Assembly: GCF_009834535.1 (NCBI RefSeq)
Contig: NC_045696.1
Coordinates: 34,970,001-35,034,000 of the forward strand
DNA: 64,000 nucleotides
Direction of reading: 5' to 3'
Origin: Camelus ferus
Lineage: Eukaryota
Position numbers and translations under genes: made by a program. The notes beneath the pieces were generated by a model. It searched no databases, was not told the origin of the DNA, and saw only the letters and a list, made by a program, of their open reading frames with translations. Shown one piece after another: positions 13,905 through 27,177 of the stretch (within the stretch, counting starts at the first letter, position 1; each line of letters opens with the position of its first letter).

Positions 13905-14690
13905 TTTTTTTTTTTCAATTAAAACAATTGAGGAAAAACTTCAAATCTACAGAAAAGTTTCAAAGTTAAAACATAGTTTTCAGATACCTCTCATACATTT
14001 CAATTTCCTGTAAATTTTCCTTTCGTATTACTATGTGGATTTATCAAAACTGAGAAAACATCATTGATATATTACTATTTATTTGGATTTCACCAGTGAT
14101 TCTACTACTGTCCTTTTTTATGTTCCAAGATCTAACCCAGGCTATTTTTCATGTCTCTTGGATGTCTTCAACTCCATGACAATTTATTTTCAGTCTTTCC
14201 TTGATTTTCAGTCTTAAGGAGGATTGCAGAGAATGCCCCTCAGTCTGGGACTGTTTGAAGCTTTCTCACGGTTAGGCTGGTGTGATGGGAGCTGGGAAGA
14301 ATACCATGAGGTTAAGTCCCCTTTCACTGCATCATGTCAGTCAGCACGTGGTATCGATGTGACTTAGCACTGTTGGAGTCAACCTGATTACTGCATTCGG
14401 TGGTGTTTGCCAGTTTTCTTCTCTGTAAAGTTACTATTTTGCCTTTTCCATAAGCTGTTCTTTGGAAGCAAGTCAAAAAGCCCAGGCCATAACCCAAAGG
14501 AGTGGAGTTTAAGTTCCATTTCTAGAAGGGGGGGAGTATCTACTTACAGTATTTGAAATTACTATCTCTCCCATTTATTTATCTATTCTACTATCTATTT
14601 ATAGCAGTATGGATGTAGACATATTGCAATCTAATGCCAGGTTGTTTATTTTGTCATTCAAATTGTTCCCATTTTGGCCACTTCAGGGTG
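13905..14690 (-). mobile_element. L1MD-type LINE-1 3' UTR
   Basis: T-run at left, then gggaagaataccatgaggttaagtcccct...ctgtaaagttact...ctttggaagcaagtca...ggagtggag, characteristic of L1MD2/3 3' ends. Confidence 0.8.
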
Positions 14691-15034
14691 TTGTTCTAGA
14701 GACCTTCTTGGGAAATCTATTATCTTTAAAAAATACATTAAAATATACATTAAGAGTCAAAGACAGGAAGAGCTCTGTCAGCACAATTCATATTCGTCTG
14801 ATTAGTGAGAAATAATTGGTCATTTAAGTCAAATGCTGAAGGAAAAGATACTCATGATTCCATATACATGATTATAATTGTCAACTTAGTTAATATCTTA
14901 GGAATGAGATATAAAACTGAAGTGTTACACCTGCAGTGACAGAAGGAAATAACATCTGAGTTATACCTATAGAATTTGCCTTTGTGGTGAAAATCTGTCT
15001 TCTTCTTTTATTTTTAAAATACGTCCCAGAATAA

Positions 15035-15282
15035 GTTCATTTTAAGAGTAGAAAATGTGGAGTCAAATGGCCTGGGTTCATAAACCTGAATCTACCTCTA
15101 ACTAGCTGAGTGGCCTTGCCCACGTTAACTGCTCTTGGCTTGGTTTCCTCATCAGAAAAGTGTTGAAAAGAACAACAAAAACATATTCCTGGTTTGTGAG
15201 CCTCACAACAGGATTCATGTGCTAGAATCTCTTCCAGGTTCAGCATACGCATTACAGCGGCGGTTGTTATTACCATTATAAT
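15035..15282 (+). mobile_element. MIR SINE (near full length)
   Basis: ggagtcaaatggcctgggttca...actagctgagtggccttg...ggtttcctcatc...gttattaccattataat. Confidence 0.85.
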
Positions 15283-16064
15283 GACCTATTTGAGAATTAA
15301 AGAAAAAAATCTTTAAAAAAAATTCTCATTGCAACAAAATACACAGGAAATGCTAAATTATAAGTAAAGACAAGAGTTCATTTGTGTCAAAGTGAGGTGA
15401 AAGATTTTTCTCTGGTAGTAAATTATTTCCTTGTTAACATCCAGGGAAGAAACTACTTTTTAACTCTGGGTTGAGAGAAAGAGGAAGTTCTCTGCCACAG
15501 ATGCCTGAAAGTCCCGAGGGACATTGTGGAGGAACCAGTGATAGTGGCAGTGGAGGGATGGTGACAATGGCACCGGGAGGGTAGCAGGTCCAGCCTGAAT
15601 CTTGAAAAGTACGGCTGGAGTGAGTAGGTGGTCAAGCTATTTGGCCACAGCTGGCCAGGGGCCTGGATTTTTCTTTCTCAAATTACCCAAAACTCAAGAG
15701 CAATACTTGCAAACATTGGTTGTTCGTGAGGCATAGTGGTAGTAATGTTTGGCTTTTGAGTTTCTAGTGTTTTCAGCTCTCCTGTCATTAATACAATTTT
15801 AAAATAATAAAAATAAAACATTTGAGGATTTTCCTTTAAAAAGTAGTGACTTTAATAAAAAGAAATAAAACCTGAAATAAAATCTTTATTTGGAGGAAAT
15901 ACTAGAGAAAGAACTGTCTCCTACCCTTAGAAGATTATTCATTGATATCCCTAAAAGAAAAAAATAATCTATAATTTTTATGAGATGAAAGTGTAAGGTA
16001 CTTAACTATAAAGATTTTCCCCAGTGAAAAATCTGGTGTTTCACTCATTAAACATAATTAAATA

Positions 16065-16545
16065 AACATGGACATGTACGGACAAAACCTTCCTAGTAGC
16101 TGTCTTCATAATAGTCATAAAGACAATACAAATATTCAATGGGTGAATGAACAAGTAAATTTAGTATATTCATACAATTAAATACCTTTTAAAAGAACCA
16201 AATATTGTTGCACACACTAGCATGCCAGAATTTCATAAATACTTTGTTGCATGAAAGAAACAGACACAAGAGTCCAAAGTAGCTGATTTCATCTATATGT
16301 AGTTTTTGAAAAGAAGGGAAAACTAACTTTTGGGGTTAGAAGAATAGAGGTTACCTCAGTGGGGAAAGACGGAGACTTGGAAGGAACACTAGGGAACTTC
16401 ACAGGATAATGATGGAGCTGTTCTAGATCTTAATCTGTGTGGTGGTCACAGAGGTGCATACATATGTAAAAATTTATCAAGCTTATAGATAAACTTAATG
16501 CCACTTATGCAATTTACTGCAGGGTGGATGTATGTTTATAATTTT
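16065..16545 (+). mobile_element. L1ME-type LINE-1 3' end
   Basis: tagtatattcatacaat...tgaaagaaacagacacaagag...gaggttacctc...tgttctagatcttaatctgtgtggtggtcaca...gtaaaaatttatcaagct. Confidence 0.8.
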
Positions 16546-16611
16546 GAAGAATTTTTGTGAATAGTTTTTTAGTACCATGAACCATTAAACAGATCTTAAG
16601 AGTCAGCTTAG

Positions 16612-16780
16612 AATACAGTTGTAGATAAAATACAGATTCTTAATTAATTTTGAAGCTCCGGTTAGGAAAAAATTTAGTATAAGTATTTTTCCCACACCCT
16701 CCCCCAAATTTGTTTTTTATCTGAAACTCAAATTTAACCTGGCACTCTGTATTTTTATTTGCTAAGTCTGGTTATCATGG
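16612..16780. mobile_element. MER53-like palindromic hAT MITE
   Basis: agataaaatacag...tagtataagtat...ttatctgaaactcaaatttaacctgg...ctgtatttttatttgctaagtctgg; the arms are degenerate inverted repeats. Confidence 0.75.
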
Positions 16781-18787
16781 TGAGTGATGAAGCTTGGGGT
16801 CAAAAAATACTGCACTGGGTATGCATCACATTGACTTCCACTGCCATTGCCAGGTAAATCCCAATGGATTCATTTCTCATGAGCTAAATCATGTTTTTCT
16901 TGCTAATATTAAGCAGGAAGAAGATTTTATTTTTATGGAGTTTAATTCATTAATTCTAGACTTTCATCTTCTGGAACTGGGGAGGAGCAAAACCTCAGGA
17001 CAGAGAAGACTTTTCTTCACAATTAAGAACTGAAATACAATGCTATCCATTCAAGCAGGCACCACGGGTGTTAGAGCCATCTCTGAGCCCAGCGGGGAGA
17101 ACGGGCAGTGCCAACAGATGGCCACACATTTTTCAAGATTGATCTTGCCTTTCAGGCACCAGGCTCCTACTTCAGCTCTGCCAAGAATGGTCAGCATGTC
17201 GTGTGTTAATTGCTGGCAGGGGCTGCCCAATGGCTTTATAGCCCAGCTCACAGTGGGCTCGTGATTAAGGAGAGCGTGCAGCTCCCAGCTCCAGCAGGAT
17301 TGCCTTCCACAAAGTCACGAGACAGTACACCTTTAATATTACTTGCACAGTAAGTGGGAAACAAGAGTTATTTTTGGCTCTGTGCCCATGAGTATAAAGC
17401 TTGCATTGAGTGGCTCTTAAGCAGCCACTTCTCCATCTAGAGAGCGGATTAAAAGGGGTAGTGGATGACTGATGGCATGAGCAAAGTCCAGTCATCGTTG
17501 TCAGTTTTGGGGTTAGCAAGGGGAAGAAGGTATGTACACCACTGAATACCAGTATGACGCATCCATTTCTCAGCAGGAGTAATTTGAAATCAGGTGTTGA
17601 TGGGTGACAATGTCCCAGAATAGCATTAGGCATTTTTCATAAGTTGAGATTAACACGTTGTTTTAAGGTATTCAAGTCTCTAGCATTTTATGAATGAGAA
17701 ATTCTGGAAAAAAATCAAAGAGAAGTATTCAAGATGTCTTCATAAAGAGATAGGTGAAAGGCAAGCCAATGGTTGACCCAGAGAATGTCTATTCTGTAGT
17801 TATTTCTTTAAAACAACAGTTGCTGAAAATAACGACAGAAAGTTCATAATAAAAAGACCTTGTCAAGACATACAGAGGCAAATAAAAGAATTGTGCTTTA
17901 AATTTAACCTACAGAAAAGTAACTGTATGCTTAAAGAAAAGTCAGACATGTGTTACACAGTTAAAACTATTTCCAACTCAAAGAAAAAGACTTGGAATAG
18001 TTTAAGAGGGACCAGGCCCCTCCAGACATTCAGACTTTTAAAGAAATTCATTAATAAAATGTGTGCACATTTACAATAGACTATTTGGAAAAGATGAGTA
18101 AAATGTAATTAAATTAAATATCACTCAACTAGAACTATTTACAAGTGACTGCCCTTTGTGAATTCTCTTCAGATTCAATTTTTTTACTTCAGTTTATATT
18201 GGATTTATGTGATTCCATGACACTTTACACAAAAATAATTCAAAATATTCTCAGCATTATATGGTAATTCAATATTGCGTCTAAAGCTGTAATGAAAGTC
18301 CCTTTTCTCTTTTCCGATCTTCGGTTAAAAAAAAGAGCCATCCAGCTCCCTCAGGGCAATATCATTTCATGCAAACGAGCAACATTGTTTATGGATATTT
18401 TAACTTTGTATTCTCCGAGGTGAATAATATCAACTCCTAGGGACCGCTACATGACAGGCACTCAGGAATTATTTACTGACCTGGATTTATCAGGTCTTAG
18501 CTTTTACTCACTCTACAAGGCCTGGTGTTTGCCACTCAGCAGCTATCAACGATCAACCAGTGGCTCAAAACTGAACCAGGGTGATCCTTCTTTAAATATT
18601 TTTTCTTCTACACTCATCACATTCAGTTTTCACAAAGTACAGATGCATCTCTCTTCCAAATTGTCCTTGTACCTGACATTACCTTAGGACTGGTGCGATG
18701 GCTTTTAATGTGGACTTGCTGTATAGTTAAAACACATGCTTTTCCTGCCTCTGGGTTCCAATCCCTCCTGCACTTGCCACCCTCCCT

Positions 18788-18862
18788 CACACACATGCAC
18801 ACACACACCACACACACCACACACACCACACACACACCACACATGCACACACACATGCACAC
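18788..18862. repeat. CA-rich compound microsatellite
   Basis: cacacacatgcacacacacaccacacacaccacacacaccacacacaccacacatgcacacacatgcacac. Confidence 0.9.
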
Positions 18863-18874
18863 TACTAACAGTGC

Positions 18875-18983
18875 TTTTTAAAATTTATTTATTTTGTTGA
18901 AGTTAGTGGGATTTACAACATTATATTTAGTTTCAGGTGTAAATAGTCTATTTTTTATAATATTCAACTCCTTTAAAAATTAC
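18875..18983 (-). mobile_element. Short L1 3'-terminal fragment
   Basis: ttgttgaagttagtgggatttacaacattatatttagtttcaggtgta = reverse L1 3' terminus. Confidence 0.65.
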
Positions 18984-20668
18984 CTTGGTATACTTATCCT
19001 AGATATTAAAAGAGGAAACAGAGATCAAAACAAATAAAATCTAGAATTCCCTTGAATTCAGGTATCTGATATTACAGAATAAAGCAACAGTTAGAGATTT
19101 TTTATACAGAATTAAGGAGCAGTTTTATATATTTGCTTTGATTGGTTGTGTAAAATCGACATATGTATTCAACAAAGCACTGAAGTTTCCGGCCTAAGCC
19201 CTATGTATTTTCTTTGCAGCCACTCTAGCACATATGGTTAAGATTTCCCAATGGCTGTGTCCAATGTTTCTCAACAATTGGGTTGGTTCACAGTGAGGTT
19301 TAAAGATCTGGAACCAAAAAACCAAGGAAAGCTTTCAAAACCAGCAGCAAGTAATTAACAATTTCTAGAGGATGAGCTCTCTTTTCTAACGAAACAATGA
19401 TACAAATTTGTGATCCAAGGTAGAAGAGAGCTGAGGGAAAAAACATTCAACACAAAGAGTTTTCTTTTTAATACACAAATTTTAATATGTTGAGTCTCCT
19501 CCTAAAACTGGTCTAGTTCTCTGCGTTGACAATATCATAGAGTCCAGGTGTCTCAACCAGGCAAACGCGATCCTTCAGGATGTGGTCCAGCGACTCTCTG
19601 CCTCGTCCTCCCTTCACGGAGGGCTCCCTGCGGCGCTGCCGCCAAGAGCCCCCTGCTGTCCTGTCTGCCAAGGTCGTCCTCCACCCTGAGTCGGCTCATT
19701 TCCATTCGTGTTCCGTAAACCCAGTCAGATGTCACCTTAGTGCAAAACTCCTTTAAGTTTACAAACTCTAATTAGCCAGCTCTCTCATCCATGACTATAA
19801 CCCTCACGTAAGTTTGAACTTCACAGAAAATTACAAAATAGTGAAGGAAAATTACAAAATGTTGGTAGCTGTTTTTAAGAAATTATGATGACACTAGAAA
19901 AAGATAGATTGCATAGAATAGATATTGAAATGTACAGAGTGCTATGGTTTTAGGATTTACTAACTAATTTTTATCTAGCTATCGTTTCTGGCTGTAAAGT
20001 GTACTGTACACCTGGAATAATTGATAGCAACTAAATATGAAAGATGAAATATTTGGGAAAAATCATCTTTTAGGCATCTGTGAGCAATATGGAGATCTAG
20101 CTGGAAAAAAAGTGAAATTAAATTTCTAGTTCATACTACATACCTAAATCTGAGTGGAATATAGAGCTAAAAGTGACAAACAAAACTTTAAAACTTTTAC
20201 AAGAACATACTGAAGGATATTTTTGTACTGAGACTAGGAGAAAATTTCTTAAACAAATCCAAAAAGCATGGATGAGAAGGAAAATTATGATAAATTTGAG
20301 TACATTAAAATTACAACCTTCTATTTCTCAAAAGATATGTTTAAATGGAGGAAATGACAAGCAAAGCCTGGGAGAAGATAAGGCAGTCATGCAGCTCAAA
20401 TTCAGTATCTAGACAGGTAAAGAACCGAATGAACTGGTAAGAAAAAGATAATCCAAAAGCACAATTGACAGAAAATATAAGAACTGAGAATTTAAATAAG
20501 AGGAAACATACCAATGGCTAAGAAACACCACCACACACATGCACACCACATACACACGCACACACATGCATGCACAGAGGCTTAACCTCAATCACAATGC
20601 AAATCAAAAAAGCCTTGCAAATATTGAGAAGTTGAATAATATCACACGCTAGCAATGATGTGTTAACT

Positions 20669-20875
20669 TTTTGCAGATACTAACTCCTATATATAAAACA
20701 GATAAACAGCAAGTTTCTTCTGTAGAGCACAGGGAACCATATTCAATGTCTTGTAGTCACCTACAATGAAAAAGACTATGAAAAGAAATATGTATGTGTA
20801 TGTATGACTGAACTATTATGCTGTACATCAGAAACTCACACAACATTGTAAACTGTACTTCAGTTAAAAAAAAAA
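20669..20875 (+). mobile_element. Young camelid/artiodactyl-type L1 3' end nested in L1ME
   Basis: ttgcagatactaact...agcacagggaaccatattcaat...gctgtacatcagaaactcacacaacattgtaaact + A10 tail; same family as 39508-40110. Confidence 0.9.
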
Positions 20876-21234
20876 GTGGTGGGGAAAATTAAATTAACTA
20901 GAACTCCATCGGAGACAATTTAACAGGAAATATCAGATGAAATTTATGTAATCATAAACTCCGAAATTTAAATCACTATAATGTACCCCCGAGAAACTCT
21001 TGCACATGTACATAGGGAGATATGTACCAGGATGGTAATAGAAACAATTTTTTATTTACACCATTATATACAGTATTTCACAGTAAAAGTTAATGAACTG
21101 AAACTGTGTTAATATCTCCAAAATACAATAATGAATGAAGATATAGATGCAGAAGGAAATATCCAATATGATACCATTCACGTAAAATTTAAAGTAAGTT
21201 AAACATCATATACTATATTACCATCAGCCTGTTA

Positions 21235-21259
21235 TGTGTGTGTGTGTGTGTGTGTGTGT
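21235..21259. repeat. (TG)n microsatellite
   Basis: Perfect TG run. Confidence 0.95.
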
Positions 21260-22371
21260 ATAATAATTTGGAACATAGGCTATTTTAATATGATGACATG
21301 CTTGGGAATGAACCAAAAACAAATTTTCTGGATTGCAGTTTTATATAAGAGGAGTGAGGATAATCATTAATGGAGTTCTACATATTTTTTTGTAATGCTT
21401 TTTGTAAAGCTAGTTTATAGGTATGAAAGTGTTCTTGTATCACTTTTTGCATATCTGACGTATTTTACCATAAAGCTCAAAGGGTGTGTGTTTTGCCAAA
21501 GCAACAATCAGTGAACTGTGGTCCATTGACTACTAGCAATAGAATATAGTTTGGGAGAAATTTCACTTCCTTTTTTTTTTATTAACGTTGTCCCTAATTT
21601 TATGAATCAGTGTAAATACGTTCAAAATATTTTCCTTTTTATCCACTTTTCTAAAGGACACTTTACTGATGTGCTCTTGGCAAAGCAATTTGCTGAAAGA
21701 ATCAATTTAATTTATTTCCATTTGTGTTTCTTCAGTGATGACTTAGCTCTATGTGAAGGACTTGAACAGATCCAAGGAGAATGTCAGTCATGGACTGATT
21801 AGCATGGACTTCTTCGAGTGATGCATAATCTTTGACAACCATGATAGGAACTCATTCTTCCAAGAATATCCAGAGGACAGGCACCTATAGATGTCATCTG
21901 CCACCTTTAATTTATTAACTGACTTATAACCTGCTTTCATAGGCATCTGTTATATTCCTTAACCTTGACCTTCTCTTTTACAGCTTGATACTGTTATTAC
22001 AGTAAAGCGCCCTTCCCGCCTCCTCACTCCAAGTAAGGAAATCAATAATAGCACTTTTTAAGTGTTGAACAGAAAACTTCAGAACTACTGAGAACACTGG
22101 CACTTCAGAGAACATAGGTCACCAAGGACCCATTAGTATAAATATTTTCAGTGCTATTCCTCATGTCCATTAATTATGCCCTAAAAATATTTGAAAATTG
22201 CATAATCATTCAGTAAAATAAAAGGCATTTTTAAAAGGCATGTTTGGAGTGCTTAGGGTCTTCTTGGGTAGCCTTGAAAATGTGATCACAACACAGTAGC
22301 TTGAAATACCCGTTTTAATCGGATATTGAGTAAAATTCTTTGAAATGTGTTAGGGCATCTATGCTTCGCTC

Positions 22372-22575
22372 CGGTGGTTGGCAAACTTTTTCACAAAAGG
22401 CCAAAAAAGTAAATACTGGGGGGAGCTGAGAGGTAAAATAGAGAATAGAATATTGGTACTTATCTTTAATGAAGTAACTATTTAAAATACTGAAAAAATA
22501 TTCTTAGCTTGTGGGCCATAAAAATATAGACGACAGATCAAATTTGGTATATTCAGAGGACATATGGTGTCTGGT
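22372..22575. mobile_element. MER58-family hAT-Charlie element
   Basis: ggttggcaaactttttcacaaaaggccaaaaaagtaaata and attcttagcttgtgggccataaaaata. Confidence 0.7.
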
Positions 22576-23604
22576 GACGCTTCAAGTACATTTTTTAGTT
22601 TTTAGGAAAACTTGCCGCCTACAGGATAGTCTCAGGAAGACCAACTGTGAGGCCATGTGCAGTAGGGACATGTGTCTCTTGGCTTCTTCCCCAGCCCATC
22701 CTGGGGTCCTCAGCTCACCCCAATGCAGCCTCCACGCCTCCACCCACCCCTGGCGCTGCCAGCTCAGCCTCCTTATGTTCATCGTGGCTTTTGTCTCAGT
22801 TTGAGGCAAAAGCCATGAAAACAGTATGAAAGTGATTCATATTTTGGAAACACTGAATTAAATAAAACGTGACTAAATATAACATAGAAATGTTAAGAAT
22901 GTAAAATGGTGAAATCAAATGCCAATTAGTGATGTTCAGCTGGATGACAAACTGGTTAATTCTGGAGAATGCTTATCTGAGTTGCACTAATGCTACTGAA
23001 GCATTATGATACAATATAATATAAATAATATTATATAATATAATAAAGTAGCTGCTGAAAACTATATAATGAGGCTCTTTCAGACTGATCTGTTTCATAG
23101 AAAATAATTATAACTAACCAAAATGATTCTGCTTATTGACTTCAAGTTAGAAGTTAAAGCAGATTGCATGAAAATAGGTTTCCAGGTGACTTTTTGGGAA
23201 AATAATATACTGTTTTAGCTAAATATACTGTTTTTCTACTCCTATAAAACATGCTTTTTGGTCATTTGTTAGTCTTCAGTCCTTTGGAACAGTACTTAAG
23301 GGCCCCAGACTATTAAAATGTGCAAAGAAATTGCATAGTTTTCTCATTTGTATGTTAATAAGACATAGGGTATCAGACAAAGCCCAGTCAGATATTGTAC
23401 AGTGAACATTTTACAAATTATTATACTGGAGAAAGAAGCAGGAAGATGAGATCAGAGATCAGTAAGCCTCAGAGAGTTAATATGGGGATATTCCTGAGAG
23501 CAGTTCTTGGAAAATGTTTCTAGGTGGTTTGCTGGATAGATTTAGCTACATTTAAAGTCCAGAGTGTAACCCTGGGTGATTTAGAAACAGTAGGAAGGAG
23601 AGAT

Positions 23605-24640
23605 AAAAATGCATCAACAGGCAATTCAAATATGAAATCCTAATGATCGGTGTATAGGAAGAAATACTCAGTTTCATCACCAAAAAAGAAAATACAAATT
23701 AAAATAACAGTAAGATACCATTTTCTGTCCAGAATATTGACAAAAGTTAAAATGATTAATAGCTTTTGAGCTAGCAAATATGTGAGGAAATGAATACTCC
23801 CATTAGTTTATGCATTTATAAATTACTGAAATGTTGGGGAAATCTGTCACTACTTATTTTTTAAAATAGTTGTACTCTTTTTACCACATAGGATTCCTGT
23901 GGTAGCAAGTGAGAAAAATTATTTCAAACTGAGTGAACTCCTAAATACAATTTATTGGCTGATGAAATGAAAATCCAAGGATTTCAGGTTAAGCTTGATT
24001 CAGGACCAAAACAGTATCAATGATGATCAATTTACCTCTCTCTCTCTCTCTCTCATCTTTAGCTCCATCTTCTGTTTTGATTTAATTTCCAGAATGGTGT
24101 AGCATCTCTGGAACTTACATTCTGAAAGTGTCATAATGTATACAAAAGAGTACCAGCATTTGGTCCAAGTGAAAATCTCATAGGATCTCATTATTCTGAT
24201 GGGTTCCCATGTCCATATTTTAACTACCCTCTGTGACCAGGATAATAATAATATCTGATCAGAAATTTCTGAATATATGGCACTTATGAGTCTGAGTAGA
24301 ATCAGCTCTGCCAAAGCCACATGAACTCTGCAGTAAATAGTTCCTCAGAAAGAAATTGAGACGTGGCTGTCAAAAGTTGAATGTAGTTTTCTGAAAACAA
24401 CCTCTTGTGTACACAGCTACACTTTCAGGCTCCATTTGACAATGTTTAAATGCCAGTGTTTAAAAATAGATGAACAAGAATGTTTATTGCAATTTTATTT
24501 CATATACAAAAAGAGCTCTCCCCATCACCCCCCGCCCCCAAAAAAAATCCCCAGACCATTGAGAAGAGTACGGTTGACTCTATTTTGGTACCTAAATATT
24601 AGAGAATGTGATACAGTCATCTAATAAAATATGAAATTCT
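23605..24640 (+). mobile_element. L1ME fragment split by an MLT1 LTR
   Basis: aacaggcaattca...aaattaaaataacagtaagataccatttt (left) continues as atgaacaagaatgtttattgcaat (right). Confidence 0.65.
23888..24415 (-). mobile_element. MLT1J/K-like MaLR LTR
   Basis: taggattcctgtggtagcaagtgagaaaa...ttcaaact, tttattggct, ttcctcagaaagaaattgag. Confidence 0.7.
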
Positions 24641-24834
24641 TTCCAAGAAAAGAAGTAAATAACAGGTCATGTGACGAGTTTGATCCATTTCTTCCACAAC
24701 AAAAATGAAAATATAGAAAGCCTTTCATATATGTGTTAATCTTCATATGTTTTCATAAACAAAAGAAAAACTCTTGATTAATGAATGTCATGGGGAGCAG
24801 ATGAGCAAAAATATACTATAGATCTACCTATTCA

Positions 24835-24980
24835 TGTGTTTAGGATTTACCTGACAGCAAGTGACAGACAACCTATTTCAAACTGGCTAAAATCCCCAAA
24901 GGAAACTTCTGAATCTGAAACATGGAAGGCTTGCTTGCTCCAGATATAAATGTCAGCAGGGCATAATTTACCCCTCTTTC
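24835..24980 (-). mobile_element. MLT1-like LTR fragment
   Basis: ttaggatttacctgacagcaagtgacagacaacctatttcaaactggct. Confidence 0.55.
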
Positions 24981-25418
24981 TGTATTCGTCAGGTCACCAG
25001 AGAAACTGAACCACCAACAGTTTACATACGTCTATGATACAGGAATTGACTCACACAGTTGTGGAAGCTGAGAAGTTCCACTGCCTGCCGTCTACAAGCC
25101 AGAGAGGCAGGAAAGCTGGTGGTGTAATTCAGTCTAAGTCCAAAGGCTCAAGCACCAGGCGTGCTGATGCTGGAGGGAAGGCGGACATCTCAGCTCAAGT
25201 GGAGAGCAGATTTGCCCCTCCTCTGCCTTTTTGTTCTCTCCAGGCCCTCAACCATTGATGCCCACTGACATTGAAGGCAGTCTTCTTTACTCAGCCTACC
25301 AACTCAAACGCTAATCTCTTCTGTATACATGCACACCAGCACACCTAGAAGTACCATTTCATCAGGCATCTGAGCATCCCTTAGACCAGCCAGGTTGATA
25401 CACAAAATGAACTCTAAT
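24981..25418 (-). mobile_element. MLT2 (ERVL) solo LTR, MLT2B/C-like
   Basis: tgtattcgtcagg...ccagagaaac...aggaattgactcacac...ggaaagctggtggtgtaattcagtc...cttctttactcag...gttgatacacaaaat. Confidence 0.9.
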
Positions 25419-26099
25419 CTATACCGACTGTGTTTTTTGCCAGACGTAGCAACTTCAGTGTTTACATCATAGACATTTTTACATCTTGTGAGTAAAAGTG
25501 GAAGGAGTTTGTTATTTTTAATTTCGATATCCATGTACATTTAAAATTACTACACTAAGCAAAGACCATTTTAAACAACGTGAATAATTTTTAAACATCA
25601 CAAAATTACAATATATCAAGATAAACTAACGAGCCAGACAAGAATAGATATAAATCCAGAGGGTCTATCCAAACAGTTGTGAGGTATAGACTTAATAAAA
25701 GTCCAGTAGACTTACATGGAGGAAGTCCACTGAGTAATTTACATTATGAAGAACATTACTTCCTAATGTAGTAGAATTTCATCCATGGGCCACTTGTGTC
25801 TGGTGGCAGAAAATATAGACCATGAGGCCAAAGAGGAAGCATCTTCAAACGGTCCTAAGGTAGCTGGCGTATTTCCATAGAATGAAGTTTCCTTTATTGT
25901 CTGTGGTTACTTCTGCCTTCAATGTGGTGGCATATTTGCATCCCTTCTGCAAACTGCTTTGTGATTGAAATCAAGTCAAAGTTAAAAAATACAGTTACAA
26001 TTAGAACAGAAGACAAGTCACCTCAAATTTATAGAAACTGGAAATATTCATGGTGGTACGTGGAATAGGAATCCTGTGGCCGGGCGGCTTGTTACTGAT

Positions 26100-26965
26100 A
26101 CAACACAGTGATTAGGGATTAAGAGTGTTCTATTTAAACGAGTTGGACTCTTGCTTTTGCATGTCCTAGTCACAGGGGCTCAAAAAGCTTCGGCTTTCTC
26201 TTCCACAGAGAGGACGTGCCAGTCGTCAGCTGATTGCCTCTCAGCTCTAAATCTGCTCTTCTGGGCTCAGCTTCCCGATTCTGGAGCTGGCTTCTGTCAG
26301 CTTCTATTTTCCAGTTGGAGCAACTTTAGGCTTTGCCAGGAGAAGGCGCTGGAGGGACACCGCCAGACACAACACAGAAGGGGCTTCCCTTCCTCGTTCT
26401 AGTGTGCTTTCCATCTTGCTCCTACATCACATCCACCCAGACTGTGTGGGAGACCCAGTGGTACTCACTCTCCCATGGGTTTGCCAGCACTCCAGTGAGT
26501 AGCTTTCTATTCACCAGCTCCTGCCCCCCAGAAACCTGGTGGTCAACTTTCTGGTCACCAATTTTGGCCTGCCTTTGCAGACCAGCTCTGGTGCTGGGCA
26601 CTAGGGGGACTTCTCTACTGTCCGAGAGGCCGTTGCCATGTCCTCTTCATTGAGGTGTGTGTTTCTCTCCACTTTGGGGACGTACTTTCCCCTTCCACTC
26701 TTTTAAAAGGAGTAGCTGCTCCCTACCTTGACTACTCCTGCAATCTTTAAAGTTTTCTCTTAGTATTTGTTGAAATTAACTATGCTTTTCCAGTGAATAA
26801 TTTGTATAGTGAATTTTTCCTCTTTATATTACTAATAAGTTTTTGAACTTCTTTCTGGCCCCTGATCAATACAGTGGGATAAAAATATCCCCCTTTGAGG
26901 GGTTGTTGAAAGGTTTAAGTTAAAAAAAAATGAAGTGCTCAATAAATGCTAGCTATTAATGAATG
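26100..26965 (+). mobile_element. MIR split into two halves (26100-26214 and 26874-26965) by an LTR
   Basis: 5' half gattaagagtg...gcttcggctttctcttccacagagagga; 3' half gggataaaaata...ggggttgttgaaagg...gtgctcaataaatgctagctatt. Confidence 0.6.
26215..26873 (+). mobile_element. MER74/LTR53-like ERVL solo LTR
   Basis: gtgccagtc...tgcctctcagctctaaatc...taggctttgccaggagaaggcgctggagggacac...gctgctccctac...ccctgatcaataca (CA end). Confidence 0.75.
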
Positions 26966-27177
26966 GCCATTATAGTGATCTTTAGTAAATCCTAAGGAAT
27001 GCAAGTTTCTTTCAAATATTAGACTGTTTTTATTTAAAATTATTTTTTCTTCCTATCCCAGTTGTCTCAGTTTCATAGTGTGGCAAGATGATGTGTTTGA
27101 AATGTGTAGCCTTTTAACCACCTACCCTGCTGACAGAGCTGGGCAAGGCATACAACTTTGATGGCAAAATGACATAG

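Larger units (their letters stand above)
20060..21475 (+). mobile_element. L1ME-type LINE-1 ORF2 3' part and 3' UTR (interrupted)
   Basis: aaaactttaaaacttttacaagaacata, aatttgagtacattaaaattacaacctt, gagaaactcttgcacatgtacatagggagatatgtaccaggatg. Confidence 0.75.

Noticed and set aside
18623..18881. Cys/Val- and His/Thr-rich ORFs
   Set aside because: Translations of the CA microsatellite.
22900..22990. Possible CR1 RT remnant (WMTNWL)
   Set aside because: Single short motif; insufficient to call.
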